Assembly: GCA_937894515.1 (NCBI GenBank)
Contig: CALCRH010000259.1
Span: forward strand, 4,624-68,623
Length of the DNA: 64,000 bases
Source of the DNA: an uncultured Clostridia bacterium
GTDB lineage: Bacteria; Bacillota; Clostridia; Oscillospirales; Oscillospiraceae
Direction: 5' to 3'
The notes below the pieces were generated by a model. That model saw nothing but the letters and a program-made list of their open reading frames with translations, had not been told where the DNA came from and made no database searches. The translations under genes and the position numbers were made by a program. Of this stretch, positions 1 to 10,219 are shown one piece after another. Within the stretch, counting starts at the first letter, position 1; every line of letters starts with the position of its first letter.

Positions 1-320
1 CCCTGCATCATCTCCAGCAGCAGGGCGTTTCGCTGTGCATCATTATCGAAACCGCCAAAACGGGCGGAGTACACGCCGGGGCCGCCGTTGAGCCAGTCCA
101 CGCACAGACCGCTGTCATCCGCGATGGCAGGCAAACCGCTGGCTTCCATCACCGCTTTTGCCTTAATGGTTGCGTTCTCCAAAAAGGTCTCGCCGGTCTC
201 TTCCGGCTCCAAGTTCAAGCCCACTTCGGACTGTAAAATCACTTCCACGCCCAAATCACCCAGAATGCTCTGCATTTCGGTGAGCTTTCCCTTGTTGTGG
301 GACGCCAATACGAATTTCAT
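1..320 (-). CDS. rdgB: Non-canonical purine NTP pyrophosphatase (RdgB/HAM1), 5' part; runs off window start
   Basis: Manual translation from ATG at 320: MKFVLASHNKGKLTEM...EETGETFLENATIKAK...ADDSGLCVDWLNGGPGVYSARF; directly downstream of rph. Confidence 0.93.
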   Translation of the reverse strand, partial: MKFVLASHNKGKLTEMQSILGDLGVEVILQSEVGLNLEPEETGETFLENATIKAKAVMEASGLPAIADDSGLCVDWLNGGPGVYSARFGGFDNDAQRNALLLEMMQ

Positions 321-321
321 C

Positions 322-1041
322 TTAAATCTCCCCTAAAATATCCTTCTCCTTGCGGATCAGCTCCCGGTTACCCTTGAGACACAGCTCCACCAGATCCTGC
401 TGCTCCCGGGCGGTAAAGGCACGGCCCTCGCCGGTACCCTGCAATTCGATGATCTCGCCACGCTCATTCATAATGCAGTTCAGATCCACCTGGGCCCGGC
501 TGTCCTCGCTGTATTGTAGGTCAAGCATTAAATCATCGTCCACGATACCGGCGCTGATGCCGGAGACATAGTGGATAATGGGATTACGTCCAATATAGCC
601 ATCGTCCACCAATTTCCGGCAGGCCAGAGCCAGCGCAATAAAGCCGCCGGTAACGGACGCGGTACGGGTGCCGCCGTCTCCCTGCAATACATCGCAGTCA
701 ATAGTAATGGTACGCTCGCCCAGCAGCTTCATATCCACCGCAGCACGGAGACTGCGGCCAATGAGACGCTGAATTTCCGCGCTTCTGCCGGAGAGCTTCA
801 GCTTGTCCACATCACGGCGGGAACGCTCCCGATTGGCGCGAGGCAGCATGGAATACTCTGCCGTTACCCAGCCGTGACCGGGCTTTACATGGGGCGGGGT
901 CTTTTCCTCCACGGACGCGTTGCACAGCACCATGGTGTCACCGCATTGAATGAGAACGCTGCCCTCGGCAAATTTGGTAAAATTGGGGGTAATGGTCACG
1001 GGCCGCAGCTCGTTCCATTTTCTGCCGTCTGCTCTTGTCAT
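322..1041 (-). CDS. rph: Ribonuclease PH
   Basis: RADGR..ELRPVTIT, AEGSVLI, GWVTAEYSMLP, EIQRLIGRSLR, DGGTRTAS motifs; start moved to ATG 1041 after AAAGGAG. Confidence 0.97.
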   Translation of the reverse strand: MTRADGRKWNELRPVTITPNFTKFAEGSVLIQCGDTMVLCNASVEEKTPPHVKPGHGWVTAEYSMLPRANRERSRRDVDKLKLSGRSAEIQRLIGRSLRAAVDMKLLGERTITIDCDVLQGDGGTRTASVTGGFIALALACRKLVDDGYIGRNPIIHYVSGISAGIVDDDLMLDLQYSEDSRAQVDLNCIMNERGEIIELQGTGEGRAFTAREQQDLVELCLKGNRELIRKEKDILGEI

Positions 1042-1084
1042 AATAATCTCCTTTCGGGCGACCACATAGGGTCGCCCCTACGAG

Positions 1085-1954
1085 TTATATTAATGCACCG
1101 GTGAATTCCCGGGCGTCAAAAGGCTTCATATCCTCGATGCCCTCACCCATGCCGGCGAATTTGACAGGAACGCCCAGCTCCTTGGCGATAGCAAACACGA
1201 TGCCGCCCTTGGCGGTGCCGTCCAGCTTGGTCAGGATAACGCCGGTAAGGCCCGCGGTCTCTTTGAAGAGCTTGGCCTGGGTCAAACCGTTCTGGCCGGT
1301 GGTGGCGTCCAGCACCAGCAGGGTCTCTACGCTGCTGTCCGGACACTCACGGTCAATAATTTTCCGCATTTTCGCCAGTTCATTCATCAAATTCTGCTTG
1401 TTGTGCAGGCGGCCTGCCGTATCGCACAGCACCACGTCCACATTTTTTGCTTTGGCGGACTGCAAAGCGTCAAACAGCACAGCGCCGGGATCGGCACCCT
1501 CGCTTTGCCGAACAATGTCCACACCGGCACGTTGTGACCAGATTTCCAACTGATCCGCCGCTGCAGCCCGGAACGTATCCCCGGCGCAGAGCAGAACTTT
1601 CTTGCCCTCTTGCTTCAGGGTGTGGGCGATCTTGCCAATGGACGTGGTCTTGCCCACGCCGTTGACGCCGATAAACAGCACCACGGCGGGCTTATTGCTC
1701 AAGTTGAGAGTCATATCGCCCACTTCCAGTTTCTGCGCCAGCACATCACGGAGGGCATCTTTGACTTCCTCCTCCGTACGGAGTTTTCTGGCGTATGCCA
1801 CGTTTTGCAGCTCCTTGACAATATCCAGAGACAGGCTCATGCCCACATCTGCCATGATGAGGGCATCGGTGAGGTCGTCATAGAAGGCATCGTCCAGTTT
1901 TTCCCATGTGACATTGTCCAACCACGATTTTTTCAGCTTATCGAAAAATCCCAT
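1085..1954 (-). CDS. ftsY: SRP receptor FtsY (NG domain only)
   Basis: GVNGVGKTT, DTFRAAA, DTAGR, TKLDGTAKGG motifs; smc-ftsY synteny. Confidence 0.97.
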   Translation of the reverse strand: MGFFDKLKKSWLDNVTWEKLDDAFYDDLTDALIMADVGMSLSLDIVKELQNVAYARKLRTEEEVKDALRDVLAQKLEVGDMTLNLSNKPAVVLFIGVNGVGKTTSIGKIAHTLKQEGKKVLLCAGDTFRAAAADQLEIWSQRAGVDIVRQSEGADPGAVLFDALQSAKAKNVDVVLCDTAGRLHNKQNLMNELAKMRKIIDRECPDSSVETLLVLDATTGQNGLTQAKLFKETAGLTGVILTKLDGTAKGGIVFAIAKELGVPVKFAGMGEGIEDMKPFDAREFTGALI

Positions 1955-1966
1955 TGTGGAGCCTCC

Positions 1967-4900
1967 TTACTTGATGTTCAGTTCTTTCGCCATGTCGTTC
2001 ATATTGATGGTCAGAATGCGGCTGACGCCACGCTCCTGCATGGTAACGCCGTACAGCACGTCTGCCTCTTCCATGGTGCCGCGGCGATGGGTAATGACGA
2101 TGAACTGGGTCTTGCCGCAGATGCGGCGCATATAGCGGGCATAACGTACCACATTGGACTCATCCAGCGCCGCCTCGATCTCGTCCATGACGCAGAATGG
2201 CGTGGGGTGGACCTTCAAAATGGCAAAGTACAGAGCGATGGCCACAAAGGCCTTTTCACCGCCGGAGAGCAGTGTAATGGTCTTGAGCTGCTTGCCGGGC
2301 GGCTGCACCTTGATCTCGATGCCGCAGCCCAGAATATCGTTTTCGTCCTCCAGCTCCAACTGGGCCTTACCGCCGCCGAACAGCTCCAAAAACGTCTGCT
2401 GGAAGCTCTCGTTGAGCAGTTTGAACTGCTGGGCAAAGATTTCGGTCATCTGCTTGGTGATCTCATCAATGACACCCTGCAGTTCCTCTTTCGCCTTTTC
2501 CACGTCAGTACGCTGTTCGGACAGGTATGTATAGCGGGTGTTGACCCGCTCGAATTCCTCGATGGCACCGATATTGGGGGTGCCCAGACCCTTGATCTCC
2601 CGGTTCAGCTCCGCGATACGGCGGGTGGCTTTCGGAACGCTCTCCAGTTCGATCCGCTGCTGGAGTGCATCGGAATGGCTCAGCTCGTAGTTCTCCCAGA
2701 GCTTGTCCAAAATCTGGCTCTCCTGCAGGGCGTTGGTCTCCAGCTTCTGCTCCAGACGGCTGACCTCCTGGGAGGTGGCAATCACCGCATCGTTGCATTC
2801 GCGGCTGGCACGGGTCTTGGCATCACGCTGTGCCTCCAACTGCAGTTTGGCGTTGGACAGATCGCTCAGTTTTTGCCGCAGATCGCCGCTCTCGGTACGC
2901 AGGGCATCTGCCTGCGCCTGATGGGCAGCCAGCTCCTGTGCCGCAGAATCGTTCTTTGCCTGATAGTCGGCGATCAGGGCTTCTCTGCCCTCACGGTCAG
3001 TAACCATCTCGGACTGCAGGCGTTTCAAATCTTCAATACTGCGGAGCTTCTCCTCCCGCTCGGTCTGCAGCGCCGCCTGATCTGCCTTTCGCTCGGAAAG
3101 CTGCCGGGCAATGACGTTGGTTTTTTCCAACGCCTCGGACTGGCCGGACTGGCTGGCCAATGCGCGGTTATGCAGTTCGCCGGCCTTTTCTTCAGCGGCC
3201 GTAATGGCCTGCTGGGCAGCGGCACAATTCTCGGTATCCGTCTTGAGTCGCACGGCAATGGCTGCCAGATCAGCTTCCATGTCCTCACAGCTCTGCTGCA
3301 GGGTGTCCGTCAGAATATCATAGTGATCCTGCTTGCCCTGGTACAGCAGCACGCCGTCCTCAGCCTTACGCTGCTGCTCTTTGGCCACATTCAGCTCGTA
3401 CTCCGCCTTATCCAGTTCCCGCTTTGCCTCATCGGCAGCGGCAATGGAGACGGCAAGGCTCTCCTGTGCAGCGGTCAGCTTTTCGCCCAGTTTGGCAAGC
3501 TCGTTGGCACGGCTCAAAACGCCGGCACTACGGCTCACAGAGCCGCCGGTCATAGAACCGCCCTTGTTCATCACCTGACCGTCCAGAGTCACGATACGGA
3601 AGCTGTTGCGGAACTTCCGTGCCATGGCAATACCGCAGTCGATATCCTCCACCACCACGGTACGGCCCAGCAAATTCTTGAAAATGCCGTCATACTGCTT
3701 GTCGTATTCCACCAGTTCCGCGGCGATGCCCACAAAACCGGTCTCATTCTGCACATTCTCACGGAGAATATCCCCATGGATCGCCGTCAGGGGCAGGAAA
3801 GTGGCGCGGCCGCCGTCCCGATTTTTCAGGAAGTTGATGGCGCTCTTGGCGTCCTCTTCCCGATCCACCACGATGTTCTGCAGGCCTGCACCCAGCGCGA
3901 TCTCCAGCGCCACGGTGTACTTGTCACGGGTCTTCATCAGGCTGGCCACCGGACCGCGAATACCACGGAGTGTATTCTTCTCCGCCGCCTGCATACAGAC
4001 CTTGACCGCTTTGGAAAAGCCCTCGTACTCCTTTTCCATCTCCGTCAGCAGACGGATCCGGTTTTCCAGCGCACCCAAATCCATGGTAAGCTGAAGCTTT
4101 TTGGCGGCAGCTTCTTCCGCTTTTTTGCGGCGGCTGTCCATCTTCAGGCTGTGGCCGCTGATGATATTGGAAACAGCCTCCGCTTCCTCTTTGGCATCAC
4201 TCAGCAGCTTCCGGTTTTCCCGGGACTCCTGCTCGCTTTGTCTTAGCTTTTCCCGCGCTTCAGCCAGGTCGCGTTCCACCGTCTCCCGGCGCTCAGTAAC
4301 CTCCCGGATACCGGACTGCAGGGCGCTGAGTTTTGCCCGGCTGTCGGCAGCTTCTGCCAAGGCCAAAGCCTCTTCCGCCCGGAGATTTTCCGCAGTTTTG
4401 GCAGCACCCGCCGCATTTTCCGTCATGGCGCGAGTCTGCTCCAACAATTCGTTGACCTCTGCTTCCAGGACAGTACTCTCATCATCAATGGCAGTAATAC
4501 GCGCCAGCAGTTCGTCCATCTGCGCTTGCAAATTGTCTTTGCGGCTGTCGGTGGCACTTACTTCCTCTCGAATTCGCGCAATGTTCTCGTTGTTGTGCTC
4601 CACGGTGGTACGCAGCACCGCCATGTCGTTCTCCTGCCGGGCGATATCGCCGTCAAAGGAGGCCATCTGGACACGAAGGGCTTCAGCCTCCATGTCGTTC
4701 TGCCGTACCTGTTCACTCAGGGCCTCTGCCTCGGCATAACTGTCGTTCAAGGCGGATTCGGCACGGATCTTGTCGGCGCGGGCAGTCTCCATGTCGGTTT
4801 CCAATTTGATCTTGGCAGACTTCAAGGCCGCCAGATTCTCCAGCCAGACGCTGATCTCCAACACGCGCAGTTCGTCACGAAGCACAAGATAACGCTTGGC

Positions 4901-5536
4901 TACCTCCGACTGCTTGCGCAGAGGTTCCACCTGCAGCTCCAGCTCTGCGATCTTGTCATTGATACGCACCAGGTTTTCCTCGGTACGCTCCAACTTGCGC
5001 TCAGACTCCTCTTTGCGGTGGCGGAACTTGGAGATTCCCGCCGCCTCCTCAAAGATTTCCCGGCGTTCCCCGGATTTGACGGACAAAATTTCGTCAATCT
5101 TGCCCTGGCCGATGATGGAATAGCCCTCACGGCCCATACCGGTATCCATGAACAGCTCGTTCACGTCCTTCAGGCGTACGGATTGCTTATTGATGTAGTA
5201 TTCGCTTTCCCCGCTGCGGTAATACCGGCGGGTCACGGCGACCTCGCTCTCCTCCCGGCCGGGGAAGATATGCTCGGTATTGTCAATGACCAGCGTCACC
5301 TGGGCAAACCCCATCTGGTTACGCTTCTCCGTACCGCCGAAGATCACGTCCTCCATCTTACCGCCGCGAAGCTGACGGGAGTTCTGCTCGCCCATCACCC
5401 AGCGGATGGCATCGGAGATATTGGATTTACCGGATCCGTTGGGGCCGACAATGGCGGTGATATCCTCGCCGAAGTTCAGCACGGTCTTTTCCGGAAAGCT
5501 CTTAAATCCCTGTATTTCCAGTTGCTTGAGATACAT
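1967..5536 (-). CDS. smc: Chromosome segregation protein SMC
   Basis: GFKSF, GPNGSGKSN Walker A, hinge GRATFLPL, LSGGEK, DEIEAALD; start ATG 5536 after GAGGTGG. Confidence 0.98.
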   Translation of the reverse strand: MYLKQLEIQGFKSFPEKTVLNFGEDITAIVGPNGSGKSNISDAIRWVMGEQNSRQLRGGKMEDVIFGGTEKRNQMGFAQVTLVIDNTEHIFPGREESEVAVTRRYYRSGESEYYINKQSVRLKDVNELFMDTGMGREGYSIIGQGKIDEILSVKSGERREIFEEAAGISKFRHRKEESERKLERTEENLVRINDKIAELELQVEPLRKQSEVAKRYLVLRDELRVLEISVWLENLAALKSAKIKLETDMETARADKIRAESALNDSYAEAEALSEQVRQNDMEAEALRVQMASFDGDIARQENDMAVLRTTVEHNNENIARIREEVSATDSRKDNLQAQMDELLARITAIDDESTVLEAEVNELLEQTRAMTENAAGAAKTAENLRAEEALALAEAADSRAKLSALQSGIREVTERRETVERDLAEAREKLRQSEQESRENRKLLSDAKEEAEAVSNIISGHSLKMDSRRKKAEEAAAKKLQLTMDLGALENRIRLLTEMEKEYEGFSKAVKVCMQAAEKNTLRGIRGPVASLMKTRDKYTVALEIALGAGLQNIVVDREEDAKSAINFLKNRDGGRATFLPLTAIHGDILRENVQNETGFVGIAAELVEYDKQYDGIFKNLLGRTVVVEDIDCGIAMARKFRNSFRIVTLDGQVMNKGGSMTGGSVSRSAGVLSRANELAKLGEKLTAAQESLAVSIAAADEAKRELDKAEYELNVAKEQQRKAEDGVLLYQGKQDHYDILTDTLQQSCEDMEADLAAIAVRLKTDTENCAAAQQAITAAEEKAGELHNRALASQSGQSEALEKTNVIARQLSERKADQAALQTEREEKLRSIEDLKRLQSEMVTDREGREALIADYQAKNDSAAQELAAHQAQADALRTESGDLRQKLSDLSNAKLQLEAQRDAKTRASRECNDAVIATSQEVSRLEQKLETNALQESQILDKLWENYELSHSDALQQRIELESVPKATRRIAELNREIKGLGTPNIGAIEEFERVNTRYTYLSEQRTDVEKAKEELQGVIDEITKQMTEIFAQQFKLLNESFQQTFLELFGGGKAQLELEDENDILGCGIEIKVQPPGKQLKTITLLSGGEKAFVAIALYFAILKVHPTPFCVMDEIEAALDESNVVRYARYMRRICGKTQFIVITHRRGTMEEADVLYGVTMQERGVSRILTINMNDMAKELNIK

Positions 5537-5650
5537 AGATCCACCTCGATTGATGTTCATACTTAATCTATGATAGTATAACAGGAAAATCGTGGTTTTT
5601 CAAGCAAAAAACCAAGAAAAAGATCCTGTATCAAAAAACAGCCACAAAAA

Positions 5651-5680
5651 AGCAGCTGGCAACTATTGCAGCCAGCTGAG
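5651..5680 (-). terminator. Probable intrinsic terminator downstream of peptide gene
   Basis: Stem CAGCTGGC (5653-5660)/GCCAGCTG (5671-5678) followed by T-run on the minus strand. Confidence 0.6.
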
Positions 5681-5766
5681 AAAAATTCTATATTATTTCA
5701 TTATCCTCTTGACGGCGAGCGGTTCAATGCTTCCGAGCAGTTTGATGCTCAAAACTGGATATCCGA

Positions 5767-5982
5767 TCATGTAATGCTAACACAGAAGAAATCACAGAAG
5801 TGGGGTACCGTACGGCAATTCATATCTTGGTAGTTAGTCTGGTAACATGAGCAGCCTTTATAGGGACACTCGGACAAGGAAGGGCGTGTCAAACCTTTTT
5901 CGCACGGCGTCCCCGGAAGCGCATATCCGCCGACCACCTTTTCGAGTTCGCTATCGCTCAGCGAAACTTTTTTGTTTTCCAT
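5767..5982 (-). CDS. Double-glycine-leader Cys-rich peptide (bacteriocin/RiPP-precursor-like), 71 aa
   Basis: MENKKVSLSDSELEKVVGG leader (LSxxELxxVxGG) then 52-aa core with 7 Cys; GGGGAG SD upstream of ATG 5982. Confidence 0.75.
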   Translation of the reverse strand: MENKKVSLSDSELEKVVGGYALPGTPCEKGLTRPSLSECPYKGCSCYQTNYQDMNCRTVPHFCDFFCVSIT

Positions 5983-6090
5983 ATTCAATACTCCCTTATA
6001 TATAACGGTATTTTTCACATTTGTTCGCTTATGTTCATTATATATCAATCTATTGGGTCCGTCAATTAAATATTTCTGAGTCTGTCATAG

Positions 6091-6133
6091 AAAAAGATCC
6101 GGCATCTGCACAACCTAAACGCCGGATCTTCTT
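6091..6133 (-). terminator. Intrinsic terminator of the alpha-hydroxy acid dehydrogenase gene
   Basis: AAGATCCGGC (6094-6103)/GCCGGATCTT (6121-6130) inverted repeat with T-run on minus strand. Confidence 0.65.
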
Positions 6134-6153
6134 CGTAATCATTATGTATTGTT

Positions 6154-7161
6154 TCAGCGCACCATGTCCCGGTTGATTTCCGCCAGAGAATGCGCGCCGC
6201 ACATGGCCATAGCGTCGCACAGTTCCGCTTTCAGCTTCTCCGCATAAACCGCCACGCCCTCGGCACCGCCGCCATAGACCATGTTGACAAAGGGACGCCC
6301 GATCAATACCGCATCAGCACCCAGTGCCAGCGCCTTGAACACGTCTATGCCCGTGCGGATACCGCCGTCCACCAGAATCATCAGCTTGCCGCCAACAGCC
6401 GCCGCAATCTCCGGCAGTACCTCGGCGGTAGCCGGGCAGTTGTCCAGCACACGACCGCCGTGGTTGCTGACCACAATGGCCTTTGCGCCGGCTTCCAGCG
6501 CTTTCTTTGCGCCGCGAACGGTCATGATCCCCTTGACGATAAACGGGGCATCCGCGTATTCAATGATCTCCCGCAGCTCCTCCACCGTCTTGCTGCCGGC
6601 GGGCGGGGTCATGTTCTTCAAAAACGGCAGGCCGGCAGCATCAATATCCATGGCGATCGCCATAGGCTTTGCCTGTTTTGCCGCGTCCAGCTTGGCAAAT
6701 ACCGTACCACGGTTCCAGGGCTTGACGGTGGGCACACCGCGGCTGCCGGCAATGGCTTTCAGCGCACCCTCCATCACCTTGGGGTCGGTGCCGTCACCGG
6801 TAAAGGCGGCAATTCCTGCTTCTGCACAGGCGGAAACCAGAATATCATTATAGGCAAGGTCGTCGTACTTATCCCCGTAGTGCAGCTTCATAGCGCCCAC
6901 AGGGGCAGCAAATACCGGCAGGCTCAGCTTGGTTCCGAAAAAGTCGAAGGACGTGTCCACCGGTTTGTTCTCACAGATGGTGTCCATATTCAGGCAGAGC
7001 TCCTGCCACTTCTGATAATTGCGGATAAAGCCGGTACCGGTACCTTTTGCACCGGGACCCGGAATCGTGTTGCGGCATCCCAAACCGTTGCACACTTCAC
7101 AGCCCCTGCAATACGGGCCGTTACACTCCCGCGCTGCGGCCATTACTTCCTGGTATGTCAT
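6154..7161 (-). CDS. FMN-dependent alpha-hydroxy acid dehydrogenase (lactate/glycolate oxidase family)
   Basis: IVKGIM, IVVSNHGGRVLD, LVDGGIRTGIDVFKALALGADAVLIGRP motifs; Cys-rich N-terminus. Confidence 0.92.
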   Translation of the reverse strand: MTYQEVMAAARECNGPYCRGCEVCNGLGCRNTIPGPGAKGTGTGFIRNYQKWQELCLNMDTICENKPVDTSFDFFGTKLSLPVFAAPVGAMKLHYGDKYDDLAYNDILVSACAEAGIAAFTGDGTDPKVMEGALKAIAGSRGVPTVKPWNRGTVFAKLDAAKQAKPMAIAMDIDAAGLPFLKNMTPPAGSKTVEELREIIEYADAPFIVKGIMTVRGAKKALEAGAKAIVVSNHGGRVLDNCPATAEVLPEIAAAVGGKLMILVDGGIRTGIDVFKALALGADAVLIGRPFVNMVYGGGAEGVAVYAEKLKAELCDAMAMCGAHSLAEINRDMVR

Positions 7162-7407
7162 AAAAATGCCTTCTCTCTTTTTACAAAATAGAAATGATTG
7201 GATTCTTTTCTTCGATGTATTGTGAATTATACTGCTTTCTCCGCTCTATTTCAATCGGTTCATCCAATTCTTTTATAAATTTCCCCGAAAAACAGCATGG
7301 CTGCATTTTTTCTCGTTTTTGCTTTAATTATCGGGTAATTTTTAAAAAACTGTAAATTTATTCTAAAATGTGCCAAAAAAACTTCATGATTCTGTCATTG
7401 CCAAAAT

Positions 7408-7436
7408 TTGACATTTTTTGAGAAATATCTCATAAT
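7408..7436 (+). promoter_or_regulatory. Sigma-A promoter for cstA
   Basis: TTGACA (7408-7413), 17-bp spacer, CATAAT (7431-7436). Confidence 0.6.
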
Positions 7437-7502
7437 ATGAAGCAACAAACCCATACGTCATTCCTATCTCGCATGGATTTGAAAATTTTAGGAGGTAGAA
7501 AA

Positions 7503-8978
7503 ATGATTAGTTTCCTGATTTGTCTGGCGATTCTTATCATTGGCTACTTTACTTATAGTAAAGTTGTCGAAAAGACCTTTGGTCCTGATGATCGCGAGAC
7601 ACCCGCTGTTACCATGGAAGACGGCGTTGACTATGTTGTTCTTCCTGAGTGGCGCATTTTCCTGATCCAGCTTTTGAACATTGCCGGTCTGGGTCCCATC
7701 TGGGGCGCTGTGGGCGGCGCTATGTGGGGTCCCACCGTGTTCCTGTGGATCACCTTCGGTACCATCTTTGCCGGTGCTGTGCATGACTTCTCTTCCGGCT
7801 TTATGTCCATGCGTAATCAGGGCAAGAGCATCTCTGAGGTCACCGGTGACTACATGGGCAACGGCATGAGAAACCTGATGCGTGTGTTCTCCACCGTGCT
7901 TCTGTTCATGGTCGGTGTCGTATTTGCCAAGGGTCCTGCCGGTCTTTTGAGCTATCTGTGCAATCCTGCCGGCACCAACAGCGGCATCTTCACCAACGCC
8001 AGCATTTGGCTGATCATCATCATCGTTTACTACTTTGTTGCCACTTTTGTTCCTATTGATGCCATTATCGGCAAGATCTACCCCATCTTCGGCTTCTGCC
8101 TGATTGCCATGGCCGTGGGTGTCGGCGCCGGTATCTTCATCAACGGCACCGCTTCCAACATTCCCGAGCTGTGGAATGCTCTGGGCAGCAATATGCATCC
8201 CAATGGCACCGGCATCTGGCCCATGATGTTCATCTCCGTGGCCTGCGGCGCTATCTCCGGTTTCCACTCCACCCAGTCCCCCATTATGGCCCGCTGCTGC
8301 AAGTCTGAAAAGCAGGCTCGCCGCGTGTTCTACGGCGCCATGGTCAGCGAGGGCATCATCGCTCTGGTTTGGGCTGCTGCCAGCTGCGCCCTGTTCCCCA
8401 TTGTGGACGGCAAGATGACCGGTCTGCAGGAGGCTATGGGTCTGGGCCAGTCTGCCTGCGTCTATAACATCTGCGAAACCACCATGGGCAAGGTCGGTGT
8501 GGTTCTGGCCATGCTGGGCGTTATCGCCTGCCCCATCACCTCCGGTGATACCGCATTCCGTTCTGCCCGTCTGACCATTGCTGACTGGTTCAAGATCGAC
8601 CAGAGCAGCTGGAAAAAGCGTCTGGCTCTGGCGGCTCCTCTGCTGGTCTTGGGCTATATCGTCTGCCAGCTGGACTACAACACCGTTTGGAACTATTTCG
8701 CATCCACCAACCAGATCCTGGCTATGATCGTCCTGTGGACTGCCGCTATGTATCTGGTCAAGAACGGCAAGCAGCCCTGGATCGCCGTTGTTCCCGCCAC
8801 CTTTATGAGCGCTGTTACCATGACCTGCGTGTTCAGCAGCAACCTGTATCTGGGCAAGCTCTTCGGTGCAAGCGCCAATATGGTCGGCTATATTGCCGGT
8901 ATCGTTCTGGCCGCTGCTTTCCTGTGCTTCTTCCTGGTCAAGGCAAAGAAAGCTTCTGCTGTTCTGCTGCAAAAATAA
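7503..8978 (+). CDS. cstA: Carbon starvation protein A family transporter
   Basis: TPAVTMEDGVDYV, QLLNIAGLGPI, GAVHDF, ACGAISGFHSTQSP motifs; many TM helices; GGAGG SD before ATG 7503. Confidence 0.93.
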   Translation: MISFLICLAILIIGYFTYSKVVEKTFGPDDRETPAVTMEDGVDYVVLPEWRIFLIQLLNIAGLGPIWGAVGGAMWGPTVFLWITFGTIFAGAVHDFSSGFMSMRNQGKSISEVTGDYMGNGMRNLMRVFSTVLLFMVGVVFAKGPAGLLSYLCNPAGTNSGIFTNASIWLIIIIVYYFVATFVPIDAIIGKIYPIFGFCLIAMAVGVGAGIFINGTASNIPELWNALGSNMHPNGTGIWPMMFISVACGAISGFHSTQSPIMARCCKSEKQARRVFYGAMVSEGIIALVWAAASCALFPIVDGKMTGLQEAMGLGQSACVYNICETTMGKVGVVLAMLGVIACPITSGDTAFRSARLTIADWFKIDQSSWKKRLALAAPLLVLGYIVCQLDYNTVWNYFASTNQILAMIVLWTAAMYLVKNGKQPWIAVVPATFMSAVTMTCVFSSNLYLGKLFGASANMVGYIAGIVLAAAFLCFFLVKAKKASAVLLQK

Positions 8979-8996
8979 AATGATTCGAGGTATGCT

Positions 8997-9356
8997 ATGT
9001 TGATTCCGCCGAAAGCAGTTAGTTCTGCCACATTATCTTACGAGGAGCTGAGGCAGGATCGAAAGGTTGCTCAAACCTTCGGCCAATGTGCTCTGGGGAA
9101 AAAGGTTCTTTTCATCAGCAGCGTTGGCCCGTTCCGCACCAGCTATGTCCCTCTGGATCATATTGATCGTGTTTTTAAGCGTCTTGCTGTTTCAAAGGGC
9201 TACTTCAGCGGCGGCGTTTTCGGAACACTCTCCTATCTTGTTGTACGGTATGACAACGGGAAAGAAAAAGCTTTCCGTTTCAAACACGAGGAGCACGTCA
9301 ACCTTCTGCTGAACGAAATTCGTCGGCATACCGAAATCCCCGTTGGGAAAGTCTAA
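8997..9356 (+). CDS. Hypothetical protein (possible PH-like beta-rich domain)
   Basis: 119-aa ORF with GAGGT SD, 18 bp after cstA. Confidence 0.7.
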   Translation: MLIPPKAVSSATLSYEELRQDRKVAQTFGQCALGKKVLFISSVGPFRTSYVPLDHIDRVFKRLAVSKGYFSGGVFGTLSYLVVRYDNGKEKAFRFKHEEHVNLLLNEIRRHTEIPVGKV

Positions 9357-9372
9357 AAGAACAAACCGCAGG

Positions 9373-10071
9373 TCAAAAGATCTGCGGCTTGTTTTTTTCT
9401 TCTATCTGGCGGTACAGACTCTCCAGTGCATCGCCCAGTCCCCCGATTTTTTCTACGATACCAAGGGCTACGGCTTCCTTGCCATAGATCACGCTGCCCA
9501 CATCGTTTGACATATCCCCTACCGACAACATCAGCTCCCGGAATTTTTCCGTACTGATGCGGGAATTCCGCGCCACGAAGTCGATGATCCGTTCCTGCAT
9601 ACGTTCAAAATAATGATAGGTCGCCGGTGCGGCAATGACCGTGCCGGACATGCGTACCGGGTGAATGGTCATACTGGCGCTGGGCACAATAAACGTATGC
9701 TTGCCGGATACCGCCAGGGGCACACCGATGGAATGACTGCCGCCCAGCACCAGCGTTGCCGTGGGTTTACGCATTCCCGCTACCAGCTCGGCAATCCCCA
9801 ATCCAGCTTCTATATCACCGCCTACCGTATTGAGCAGCAACAACAGTCCATCTACCTCATCTGATGCCTCAATCCCGGCAAGCAGCGGCATCACATGTTC
9901 GTATTTCGTTGTTTTTGTAGTATTTGACAACAGCATATGCCCTTCGATCTGCCCGATAATCGTCAGACAGTGTATGGTACCGCGGTAATTCTTTACCACA
10001 GTACTTCCCATCTCGATGATTTGCTGTTGTGGTGTATCCTTGTTTTCAACCCGCTCTTCGTCCTGATACAC
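9373..10071 (-). CDS. tepA: ClpP-like translocation-enhancing protein TepA
   Basis: IHCLTIIGQIEGH, KTTKYEHVMP, LNTVGGDIEAGL, GGSHSIGVP, TIHPVR. Confidence 0.9.
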   Translation of the reverse strand: MYQDEERVENKDTPQQQIIEMGSTVVKNYRGTIHCLTIIGQIEGHMLLSNTTKTTKYEHVMPLLAGIEASDEVDGLLLLLNTVGGDIEAGLGIAELVAGMRKPTATLVLGGSHSIGVPLAVSGKHTFIVPSASMTIHPVRMSGTVIAAPATYHYFERMQERIIDFVARNSRISTEKFRELMLSVGDMSNDVGSVIYGKEAVALGIVEKIGGLGDALESLYRQIEEKNKPQIF

Positions 10072-10219
10072 ATGCAGCCCTCCCTTTTACGGTAGCTTGT
10101 GCAAGGCGGAGTCTTTTCATGCAAGTTTTTCGTGACAGGGCGGCAGATCTGTGATATACTATCTTGGAAATTTTTGTTTCGAGCCACCGGCTCGACTTTT
10201 AAATAAGCGGAGGAAACCT

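Noticed and set aside
1610..4246. Long antisense ORFs (878 aa here; also 7488-8972, 24437-26131, 27770-29260, 37550-39151 and others)
   Set aside because: They mirror well-supported genes on the other strand, lack motifs, and are expected from codon bias at this GC content.
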